Of a DNA stretch of 64,000 bases, positions 1 through 7,554 are shown one piece after another. The stretch lies in IMG/VR virus record IMGVR_UViG_3300037418_002116; one strand, given 5' to 3'. The DNA is from a virus. Lineage: Duplodnaviria; Caudoviricetes. The position numbers and the translations under genes are program-made. A model generated the notes under the pieces. It made no database searches. It had not been told where the DNA came from and saw nothing but the letters and a program-made list of their open reading frames with translations. The stretch's first letter is position 1; each line of letters starts with the position of its first letter.

Positions 1-559
1 CCTGTGAGACATAAGGAAGATGCCATTCGCCCGGCTTCAACAGCTTTGGTGTCGAATCGGCACGGGCTTCGATGATCTTCTTTGCCAATAGCTCGATTTC
101 GGGTTGGGCATCCTCATGATCCCGCAATCCGTCGAAATTGGCCCAATGTGTGGAGGAAAGAAGAGCGTCAACATACATGAACGGTTCAATAATGCGACCG
201 GCCCATTGCTTGTGGAGTCCAAGCTCGAAAAGCTTCGCTGCATAAAGAGCGGCGGATTTAGAAGCCGCTAACCAAAGATTCAAAGCTTCGGCGGCATCTT
301 CGTCGGTCATAGGTTCCGACGACTGCATTCCCGGCTTATTCTTCTGCCATTTAAGCGGCACAACCGGATTATCGAGAACTTCCTGAATCAGTTTTTTGGT
401 AGGAACAGCCCGAGTGGAGCGGGCATTTCGTGAAAATTGTCTATGAGTATTGAATTCCGCCAAAATGAAGCGGGGAAATCTTAATTGAAGAGTGGTAAGT
501 CGAATGCCTTCGTCTGAAATGCTATCTTCGATGACTTGTGCTGAAATTTCCGTTTGCAA
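1..559 (-). CDS. thyX: Flavin-dependent thymidylate synthase, 5' part (runs off window; absent from ORF track)
   Basis: Manual translation from TTG at 559 is open to the window edge: MQTEISAQVIEDS...FNTHRQFSRNARSTRAVP...GLHKQWAGRIIEPF...AQPEI...GEWHLPY (phage ThyX motifs). Confidence 0.88.
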   Translation of the reverse strand, partial: MQTEISAQVIEDSISDEGIRLTTLQLRFPRFILAEFNTHRQFSRNARSTRAVPTKKLIQEVLDNPVVPLKWQKNKPGMQSSEPMTDEDAAEALNLWLAASKSAALYAAKLFELGLHKQWAGRIIEPFMYVDALLSSTHWANFDGLRDHEDAQPEIELLAKKIIEARADSTPKLLKPGEWHLPYVSQ

Positions 560-1589
560 CTTCTAATTTTTTCCAGTCTGTAAGTTTTAATTTTAGGGTC
601 ATGCCACGGAAAGTATTATCATCAATAAATTTCTTCACCTTTTCAGGGGCAATTATACCATCTTGAATGTTCGCATTGAAGTCTTTCTTCAAAGCTCTAT
701 TCGACGGCCAAACGAACATCGGAAAACCAGCATCAGCGGTTTTATCGATGCGTTTTATCAGTTCTTTATTTCGGGGCTGATTATCAAAAATGATAACAGT
801 CTGTTCCTTCGGTATGATTTGACTCACTTTGGAGAAATCGGCACCGGAAACCGCAATTGCATTGTCCATAAACATGGAATCGATTGCGCCTTCGAACGTA
901 TAGACTGTCTGTCCCACGTTAATGCGTTCAAGATTGAAAATCAGCGGTTCATCGTCTGATTTTCGAAGCATAATATAACGGAGAGGGGAAGGCTTGATTG
1001 CACGTGCAGTGACGCCAACCAATTCCTTCTGCCTATTGTATATAGGAATTACGATTCTTGGTTCATTACCAAATTTCGTATCATCATACCGGCCCGGAAA
1101 CAGGCTCGCTATGGATTTCATGTCTTCTGTATAGAAGAGACGATCAAACCAGATAAATGGTATCTTACGAGATTTCAGATACCGATAAGCCTCATGACGC
1201 TCGTCAAGCCTCGAAACCTTCGTTGCCAGACGATCTATGGCGTTGGTTTGCAGAGAAAAGAAGGCTTCTTTGGCCTCCACTTCCTCTGCCACCGCTATGT
1301 CCTGTGCCTCTTGTTCCTGTCTATCACGGAACCGCTCGAAACGGTATTCTCGATACAGAATCGGGTTCACATGTTCCAAAAACGTGCCAAAATGCATACC
1401 AGCGCCGCAATTATGGCAGGCATACTTGTATTTTTGGCCTCTTAGGTAGATATATCCTCTAGCACGGCGTCTATTGGTTGTGGAATCACCGCATATGGGA
1501 CAACTCATCTCCCATACATTATTTTGTTTTTTCTTGAAATTTCTTACGGATGAAGAAAGTAGAGCGATATATTTTTGTTCAATCCACAT
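522..1589 (-). CDS. 61: DNA primase (T4 gp61-like)
   Basis: Zn finger CPICGDS..RRARG..CHNCG; TOPRIM FEGAIDSMF and KDFN. Confidence 0.95.
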   Translation of the reverse strand: MWIEQKYIALLSSSVRNFKKKQNNVWEMSCPICGDSTTNRRRARGYIYLRGQKYKYACHNCGAGMHFGTFLEHVNPILYREYRFERFRDRQEQEAQDIAVAEEVEAKEAFFSLQTNAIDRLATKVSRLDERHEAYRYLKSRKIPFIWFDRLFYTEDMKSIASLFPGRYDDTKFGNEPRIVIPIYNRQKELVGVTARAIKPSPLRYIMLRKSDDEPLIFNLERINVGQTVYTFEGAIDSMFMDNAIAVSGADFSKVSQIIPKEQTVIIFDNQPRNKELIKRIDKTADAGFPMFVWPSNRALKKDFNANIQDGIIAPEKVKKFIDDNTFRGMTLKLKLTDWKKLEVANGNFSTSHRR

Positions 1590-1598
1590 TATCAGTAG

Positions 1599-1627
1599 AT
1601 AGTACCAACTCTATATCAAAATGTCAA
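1599..1627 (-). promoter_or_regulatory. Host sigma70-type promoter for primase
   Basis: TTGACA-N17-TACTAT. Confidence 0.7.
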
Positions 1628-1634
1628 CCAAAAA

Positions 1635-2840
1635 TCAAACCGGTTCGTAAATTTTTATCCAATCGAGAATCATATCGCATGGGAAAACTGTATTCGTTGT
1701 AGGTGAACCCGGCCATGAGCCGCCCATAGCAATATTCAATAGAATATACCAAGACTGTCCCGGCGATCTATTTTCCATAACGGCAGTTTTAACACCATCG
1801 AAATCAAAAATTATTTCTTCGTCCGTTACGGTAATTCCATATACGTGGAAATTGGTCAAATCTGTAACATTTGGAATACCTAGCAAACGAATATCCAAAG
1901 GATAGCCAAGAGCTTGATTTGCACCCGTGGTCGAAGTCCAATGTTGTGTCGAATAATATGTCCAAGCATTGGCGTTCGAATTTATCGGCCATTCCATCAT
2001 ATCGATTTCAGGTGGCCACGCACCATTAGTCGGCATTAGCCAAAACGCTGGCCACGCACCACGCTTCCCAAGCACTGGCATAGCCAAACGGCATTCGACA
2101 CGATCACCGGGCGAGATGTTGCGAAGCTTCTTTGTCGTGATCATGGAAGCCGTATAGTTCCATGAACGATTGTCGTATGTAATTGGCGTCGTCAATTTTT
2201 CCGAGCGCAACACACGCTTTCCATCAACAATAGGGAATGGATTCGTGCCGGGATAAAGAACCGGATCGGCATATAGACCCAATTCCTTGTTGCCGTCTTG
2301 TGTGCGCCCATGGGCCGGTCTGGATTGCCAACATGGGGTTCCATCTGGCAGCAAACCCGAGTCGCTGAATTGAAACCCGTTGATGAAATCGCTTTGGAAA
2401 ACCAGCTTGTAACCGCTTGCCACGGTCTGTTGTGGGTCTTGGCTGAAATTAATCCATCCGCTCGACTTGGCTATGATAGCGCCAGTAACCGCTTTCAGAT
2501 AGATTTCAATTGTATTACCTACAATATTGTTACCTCTAAGTTGGATAACAATTTCTTTTTCGGTTTTATCGCCCGGTTGGAAAACATAGGTGCCGGATGC
2601 AGCAATGTAATTTGTGCCTTGATTTGTACCGGTGCCATTTCTTGTTTGAAATGAGCCTATTACTGTATCACGGGGTTCGCCAGAAAGACTTAGTTTAAGT
2701 CTAGCTTCCGTTGCGTTTGGAAGCACAGTAACATCGGACAGGATAATTTGGATTGGAGCGACCGATTTGGTCAGAAAGTCCATCAATCTTGGATTAATAT
2801 CTATTAGTTTACGAGCGTCTGTGGTTGCGAGACGTGTCAT
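1635..2840 (-). CDS. Glycoside hydrolase family 16 (ExsH/laminarinase-like) with N-terminal Calx-beta-like domain
   Basis: GAWPAFWLMP..GAWPPEIDMME catalytic ExDxxE; C-terminal YILLNIAMGGSWPG..DWIKIY; N-terminal NYIAASGTYVFQPGDKTEKEI. Confidence 0.85.
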   Translation of the reverse strand: MTRLATTDARKLIDINPRLMDFLTKSVAPIQIILSDVTVLPNATEARLKLSLSGEPRDTVIGSFQTRNGTGTNQGTNYIAASGTYVFQPGDKTEKEIVIQLRGNNIVGNTIEIYLKAVTGAIIAKSSGWINFSQDPQQTVASGYKLVFQSDFINGFQFSDSGLLPDGTPCWQSRPAHGRTQDGNKELGLYADPVLYPGTNPFPIVDGKRVLRSEKLTTPITYDNRSWNYTASMITTKKLRNISPGDRVECRLAMPVLGKRGAWPAFWLMPTNGAWPPEIDMMEWPINSNANAWTYYSTQHWTSTTGANQALGYPLDIRLLGIPNVTDLTNFHVYGITVTDEEIIFDFDGVKTAVMENRSPGQSWYILLNIAMGGSWPGSPTTNTVFPCDMILDWIKIYEPV

Positions 2841-2900
2841 ATAGAAATCCTTCTGATGGTGGCTATCCGATATTTATCATCTAGGATATTTCAGAAGATT
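2841..2900 (-). promoter_or_regulatory. RBS-sequestering leader hairpin with late promoter in its loop
   Basis: AATCTTCTGA (2900-2891) pairs with TCAGAAGGATT, which holds the SD; GATAAATA at 2878-2871 lies between the arms. Confidence 0.55.
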
Positions 2901-2976
2901 TGGTGGAGCCAGTCGGAATCGAACCGACAACCTTTACCTTGCAAGGGTACTGCTCTCCCAATTGAGCTATGGCCCC
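2901..2976 (-). tRNA. tRNA-Ala(UGC)
   Basis: GGGGCCA/TGGCTCC acceptor with G3:U70, CT-TGC-AA loop, TTCGATT T loop, encoded CCA. Confidence 0.93.
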
Positions 2977-2982
2977 AAATCA

Positions 2983-3019
2983 TTGACAGTTGGTAACACA
3001 TATTTATACCAACTGTCAA
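2983..3019. repeat. Perfect 13-bp inverted repeat with late promoter TATAAATA (minus strand)
   Basis: TTGACAGTTGGTA-N11-TACCAACTGTCAA; TATAAATA at 3008-3001. Confidence 0.8.
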
Positions 3020-3026
3020 GCGGAAA

Positions 3027-3164
3027 TCAATTTTCCGAATTAATAACCACTTCTTCGATGACCACTACCTTGTGTGCAGCAATATAATTAGAAATATTGT
3101 ACAACCCAATCGCTAGAAGAATACCAGCGATAGCGACATACACCGGTTTTGCGATGATCTTCAT
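3027..3164 (-). CDS. Small membrane protein (45 aa)
   Basis: Manual translation MKIIAKPVCVAIAGILLAIGLYN...; one hydrophobic segment. Confidence 0.55.
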   Translation of the reverse strand: MKIIAKPVYVAIAGILLAIGLYNISNYIAAHKVVVIEEVVINSEN

Positions 3165-3167
3165 GTT

Positions 3168-3383
3168 TTATTTCATCAACCCTTGAAAGAATAGTTTGAT
3201 AGAATCCCAAAACACGAATAGGGAAATGAACCCGCCAATAGCAACCAAGATAACATTACGGAAATATTGGCCAAGCCATCCAAGAGCTTCCTGTTTTCTA
3301 ATCATGTCACGCATGATTTCATAGTCTTTTCGAGGAAGTTTTACATCAATAATTTCATCATCTTTGTTAAGATCGTCTGCCAT
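3168..3383 (-). CDS. Small membrane protein in lysis cluster
   Basis: 71 aa with one C-terminal TM segment. Confidence 0.6.
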   Translation of the reverse strand: MADDLNKDDEIIDVKLPRKDYEIMRDMIRKQEALGWLGQYFRNVILVAIGGFISLFVFWDSIKLFFQGLMK

Positions 3384-3395
3384 TTAATGCCCCCT

Positions 3396-3731
3396 TTATT
3401 TCTTTTTTAGTTCTTGTGGTGTTGGTGGTTTTATTCCTTCTAACTGTTGATCACGGAACCGTATAGCGTCTCCCAAAAATCCATGTCTCTTTGCACAGAT
3501 AAGAAGGCTTTCCCTGTCAACACTCCAATAATATTCCACTTCCGCCCTTGTCAAAATTCTTTCGGGTATCTTAACTGGCAAATTGCATTTAGCGAGAAGA
3601 GACGAATCGATCCCATTAAGGATTGGATGTCCCGGTCTTAGATCGACCGGACCTTGTGGCCCGGAACAATCAGTAGCGCCCATGCAGGCGAGCGCTGAAA
3701 TTGCTATTCCGAATACTGTTGCTATTTTCAT
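3396..3731 (-). CDS. o-spanin (Rz1-like lipoprotein)
   Basis: Signal peptide with Cys, Pro-rich, W.VDRESLLICAKRH; abuts i-spanin. Confidence 0.7.
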   Translation of the reverse strand: MKIATVFGIAISALACMGATDCSGPQGPVDLRPGHPILNGIDSSLLAKCNLPVKIPERILTRAEVEYYWSVDRESLLICAKRHGFLGDAIRFRDQQLEGIKPPTPQELKKK

Positions 3732-4084
3732 TATCGTATTCCGTTTAGTCTTTTTGCAGCATCAGCGGACAAGCCCGGTTCGTTTGCATCCGGAGCCGCC
3801 AAGGCCAACAATCTGTTACGTTCTCTCAATTCAGCAATTTGCTTTTCGGCTTGATCAAGCTGGTCGGCAAATTGTTTCTGTTGTTCTTCCGCCGCTCTAT
3901 TAGCAGCAATTTGGCGGTTCATTTCTTCCGTGGCTTTCTTTTCGAGACTCAATGTCAATTCAGAAATCTTCAAATCAGCACGGGTATTTGCATAATCGTA
4001 ACCAACACTATATGATTTTACGATTGCAAGACCGAAGATTACGGCACCGGCTACGGGTGCAACCCAACTTGGTAATCCAAACAT
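3731..4084 (-). CDS. i-spanin (Rz-like)
   Basis: N-terminal TM then coiled coil; likely start MFGLPSW at 4084. Confidence 0.7.
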   Translation of the reverse strand: MFGLPSWVAPVAGAVIFGLAIVKSYSVGYDYANTRADLKISELTLSLEKKATEEMNRQIAANRAAEEQQKQFADQLDQAEKQIAELRERNRLLALAAPDANEPGLSADAAKRLNGIR

Positions 4085-4085
4085 T

Positions 4086-4475
4086 TTATTCTGTATCCCC
4101 TTTACTATTCGCTCTACCATCCGGAATTTGACTTGTTGAACCATCTTCACTTGTGGAGTCCGTTACGGACGTTTCTTCCAAGCTTGATTCCGAGCCCAAA
4201 GTTTCATTCTGCCGGTTCAAAGCCGACATGTAATTCTTATCATCCCATGCCGCACCAAATACGTATTGACCAAGCAAAGCCACACCGCCTGCTATGAGAG
4301 CGATAGATACTTGTTGGTACAAGACAGTATCTTTATTCAGAAATATAATCCAAGATACCCAAACGAGAATAGCGATTAAGGCCAAATCTAGCCTTAATCG
4401 CCTCTTAGCCCAAGGTCTTGGGGTAATTTTCTCTAAAGAGGCTCTTTTGTTCTTATTTTTTTGATTTAGAGCCAT
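4086..4475 (-). CDS. Putative holin
   Basis: Basic N-terminus, two TM segments, hydrophilic tail; upstream of spanins; TAAATA motifs at 4506-4511 and 4523-4528. Confidence 0.5.
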   Translation of the reverse strand: MALNQKNKNKRASLEKITPRPWAKRRLRLDLALIAILVWVSWIIFLNKDTVLYQQVSIALIAGGVALLGQYVFGAAWDDKNYMSALNRQNETLGSESSLEETSVTDSTSEDGSTSQIPDGRANSKGDTE

Positions 4476-4532
4476 AATACCAATTCCTATTACTACTTTA
4501 TGTAGTATTTAGAAAATTGGTGTATTTAAGTG

Positions 4533-4931
4533 TTATCTCACTACAAGAGCGGGATCAGGAGACATGAAATTCTTTTTACGCATAACAGTCTTGGCTACAA
4601 TTTCCATCATTCTTTTTACTGGATTCCATTTGAATACAATTGGAGAATTCACGTCTGTAGACATATCTTTCAACACAGCTTCCGAGCTTGGTTTCATGAA
4701 CTTCATCTTTTGACCAAATTTTTCAAAAGAAAGTTTGAAAAGACGGTTCAATTCAGCAAGAGTAATCTGTGTTTTGTTGCGAGCATCGTTCACACGTTCC
4801 CAAAAATGTTTGGTGAAACTCACGTCCATATTCAGCGTGTTGAAGAACTTATCAAGATAATGTTCCAACGATTTCAAGGCATCCCATGAAATTGGCGCTG
4901 CTTGTTCTGTCAAATATTGTTTGAAACTCAT
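4533..4931 (-). CDS. Putative internal head protein
   Basis: N-terminus MSFKQYLTE resembles the T4 capsid-targeting sequence. Confidence 0.55.
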   Translation of the reverse strand: MSFKQYLTEQAAPISWDALKSLEHYLDKFFNTLNMDVSFTKHFWERVNDARNKTQITLAELNRLFKLSFEKFGQKMKFMKPSSEAVLKDMSTDVNSPIVFKWNPVKRMMEIVAKTVMRKKNFMSPDPALVVR

Positions 4932-4933
4932 TT

Positions 4934-5320
4934 TTAATACCCGTGTCTCTGTCTGCCTTTTTCATCGGTCCAATGGATGTTTGCGGCTGGCCTTGGTCTG
5001 TTCTGCATCGCTTCATGTTCTTCCGGACGCATACGCTTTGGCATACCACGGCGAAGTACTTCACTTTCCAATTCATCACGACGTTTGCGTGTGTCATCGG
5101 TATGGTGATGTTCTGGAATGTTGTTGTGCTTTTGATATTCGGATTTCAACAAATCTCTGGCCATGGTGCGAACCGGACCATGTTTGTCCCGAGACGTGAA
5201 ACCATGTCTGACGAAATCCGTCTTAGGGGCGGTTGGTTTTGCCGGTTCAGGAGCGGGCGCTGGTGCGGGCTTGCGCTTGAACGGGTTCCATTCTGCTAGA
5301 TATTCCTTGAATGATTCCAT
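4934..5320 (-). CDS. Putative internal head protein
   Basis: N-terminus MESFKEYLAE; highly charged. Confidence 0.55.
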   Translation of the reverse strand: MESFKEYLAEWNPFKRKPAPAPAPEPAKPTAPKTDFVRHGFTSRDKHGPVRTMARDLLKSEYQKHNNIPEHHHTDDTRKRRDELESEVLRRGMPKRMRPEEHEAMQNRPRPAANIHWTDEKGRQRHGY

Positions 5321-5821
5321 CTATATGATCCTTTGTGTCATTGCGCTCATCGACATGCGACGACGCAACATGTTCTTTTTTACCTTCTTCGGATTTGCAG
5401 GCGGATTGTCATCCAACCCGGCCATTGCCGATGCATCACCAACTGAATTCGTAGGAGCGTCTTCCGTCAACATAGCTTGCGCTTCCTCGAAATAGGTCTG
5501 CATTTTTTCCCACAAAATATCGTCATCGTCTGGGTCTAGCTCTTCCCCTTCACGCAAAAGCATGATAGCGGCGGCATAGGAGGCGATACGGGACTTTCCG
5601 CCCGGAACCTTCCCCAATAGTTTCTTCAAATTCAAAAGCAGAAGATCATACATTTTAAATGATCGATTCTGCACTTCCGTTCTTTGTTTCTTCGGAACAA
5701 TAATGTCGCCATTGGCGTTTATAACGCCAGTTTTGAAAGCATTCCACTTTTTGAAAGGCGTGACTAAACGTCTAATGAAAGAATACAATAGAACAGAGTC
5801 GAAAACGCCAAGCGATGCCAT
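5321..5821 (-). CDS. Conserved T4-like hypothetical, probably virion protein
   Basis: YSFIRRLVTPFKKWNAFKTGVINANG motif recognised from T4-like phages. Confidence 0.55.
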   Translation of the reverse strand: MASLGVFDSVLLYSFIRRLVTPFKKWNAFKTGVINANGDIIVPKKQRTEVQNRSFKMYDLLLLNLKKLLGKVPGGKSRIASYAAAIMLLREGEELDPDDDDILWEKMQTYFEEAQAMLTEDAPTNSVGDASAMAGLDDNPPANPKKVKKNMLRRRMSMSAMTQRII

Positions 5822-6015
5822 TATTTTGGTTTCCTTTTAGAAACAACAAATTTCTTATTTGGTTCATCTTTATGAAATATAGCCAACCATTGTTCTTTAG
5901 TTTCTGGTGTTACTTCCCTTTCCACTTTCCACAAACCAGAAATTGGGTTCAAACTCCAAATATATTGTTTGTCGCCAACTTGTTCTAACAACGCTCTTAT
6001 CTTTGTGTCTTTCAT
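5821..6015 (-). CDS. Hypothetical protein
   Basis: 64 aa with coupled start/stop overlaps. Confidence 0.55.
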   Translation of the reverse strand: MKDTKIRALLEQVGDKQYIWSLNPISGLWKVEREVTPETKEQWLAIFHKDEPNKKFVVSKRKPK

Positions 6016-6407
6016 TTCAATCTTTCCTCTTCCATTCTTCTAAGTGCTTTGACCACGCCATGATTAATCACAATTTCCTTTGTCTCAATAATTATTTCAT
6101 TGATAAAGACCATCTCTGGCAAATAACCAAGATACATCAGAAATGGCGCTAAGCAATCATGATATTCTGCTAGTTTATAGAATAAAAGTCTGGTACAAGC
6201 CTTTGGTTCAAAGACATTGTAGAGAACGACAAGATGATTGATTATCAATCGTTCTCTTAGTACACCTTTGTTCTTGTATGCATAAAACAGCTTTTTCAAA
6301 TACTTTATTCTATTCAAATCTTCCAAAAATTCCTCTGGCGAGAGACAGTTTGGATTGTCATAAAATTTGGCCGCATAAAATGCGAAATTAGGTTCGTTCA
6401 AAATCAT
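6012..6407 (-). CDS. Conserved T4-like hypothetical
   Basis: YAAKFYDNPNC..EEFLEDLNRIKYLKKL..ERLIINHLVVLYNVF. Confidence 0.7.
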   Translation of the reverse strand: MILNEPNFAFYAAKFYDNPNCLSPEEFLEDLNRIKYLKKLFYAYKNKGVLRERLIINHLVVLYNVFEPKACTRLLFYKLAEYHDCLAPFLMYLGYLPEMVFINEIIIETKEIVINHGVVKALRRMEEERLK

Positions 6408-7130
6408 TTACTTGTTGCGCTCATTCCCGATTGCGTCACCATAGGCAGTCAAGAGTTTCAGCACAGTTTTCAGTGGCAAATCGATAACCAATGTGGACAT
6501 CTGGATATTTGGGTCGGCTAGGACCGCAAAAAGCCATCTATGGTGTCCGTCAATGATAAAATCATCAGAACTGGATATCATGAAACTATTTTCCACCAGA
6601 TTCTTGAACTGTTCTGGTGTATAACGAAGTCCGAATGATATCGCCTTGTCGAGATAGATTTGCTTCTGAATTGGCTTTAGGCGTCCGGCTGCTTTGCGTT
6701 CAGCGTAAACCTTCACCACGTCATCGGAAACTTTTCCATCACGAAAACCATTTGTCAAAAATCTTTGCGCTTGCGCTCCGGATAATCCTTGCGGAAAAGG
6801 ATTCTCTGGATTGGTTCCCTTTGCGAAAGGTGCCTTAACGTCCAAAGCGCCTCGTGTGAGGCGCTGTTGAAGCATGTAGGCATCGACACGGCGGATAACC
6901 GGCATGTCCTTTCGTTGGGTCGATCCGAGCTTAGCCATGTTCTGTGCGAACTTGAAATTTCTGGTGAAGTTCGGAAGCGCCATTTTTGGTGACTTTGTGT
7001 GATCATGATGATAAATGTGGTTCAACAGTTGCACGGCTTGTGGCAGTGGAGTTGACACTATCTCAAACTGGCCCGCTTCCTCTCCGGGCATTTTCTTTGT
7101 ATATTCCAATAGAAACTGCTTGAAACTCAA
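6408..7130 (-). CDS. ParB/Srx-fold protein with capsid-targeting-like N-terminus
   Basis: MSFKQFLLE start; SSDDFIIDGHHRW motif. Confidence 0.65.
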   Translation of the reverse strand: MSFKQFLLEYTKKMPGEEAGQFEIVSTPLPQAVQLLNHIYHHDHTKSPKMALPNFTRNFKFAQNMAKLGSTQRKDMPVIRRVDAYMLQQRLTRGALDVKAPFAKGTNPENPFPQGLSGAQAQRFLTNGFRDGKVSDDVVKVYAERKAAGRLKPIQKQIYLDKAISFGLRYTPEQFKNLVENSFMISSSDDFIIDGHHRWLFAVLADPNIQMSTLVIDLPLKTVLKLLTAYGDAIGNERNK

Positions 7131-7140
7131 AGTAAATTCC

Positions 7141-7554
7141 TTAAAACGAAGCGAGTGCTACTCTCTTGATACTATTAGTTGTGTTGTTTGATACTCTTAT
7201 ATATAAGTAATTGTCATCATAGAACAATTTACCAGCAACGATACTTGTTACAGAAGAGTTAGAAGGTGTCAGTTGTTGTTGAATAACAATACCATTTGAT
7301 GAAATTGTTGTCGAACCTAGAGTCGATGGTCCTGAAACTGTCAACTTCTGTGCTGATGTGTTTGCAAGATTCGTCTGACCAGTAACCGTCAACACCTGTG
7401 AAATATTGGTGTTGCATGGAACACTGCCAAACAGAGTGTTCAAAGACATCTGTTTGCCAGTCGGCGTTCCTGTGGTATCAACGATAACGTAAATTACATT
7501 AAGGCCATATGCAGTCGTAGCTGTTTCTAGTTCTGTTACTTTCTTGCTTGGCAT
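7141..7554 (-). CDS. Virion structural protein (fiber/decoration-like)
   Basis: Ser/Thr-rich; MPSKKVTEL start; GKLFYDDNYLYI..KRVAL end. Confidence 0.55.
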   Translation of the reverse strand: MPSKKVTELETATTAYGLNVIYVIVDTTGTPTGKQMSLNTLFGSVPCNTNISQVLTVTGQTNLANTSAQKLTVSGPSTLGSTTISSNGIVIQQQLTPSNSSVTSIVAGKLFYDDNYLYIRVSNNTTNSIKRVALASF

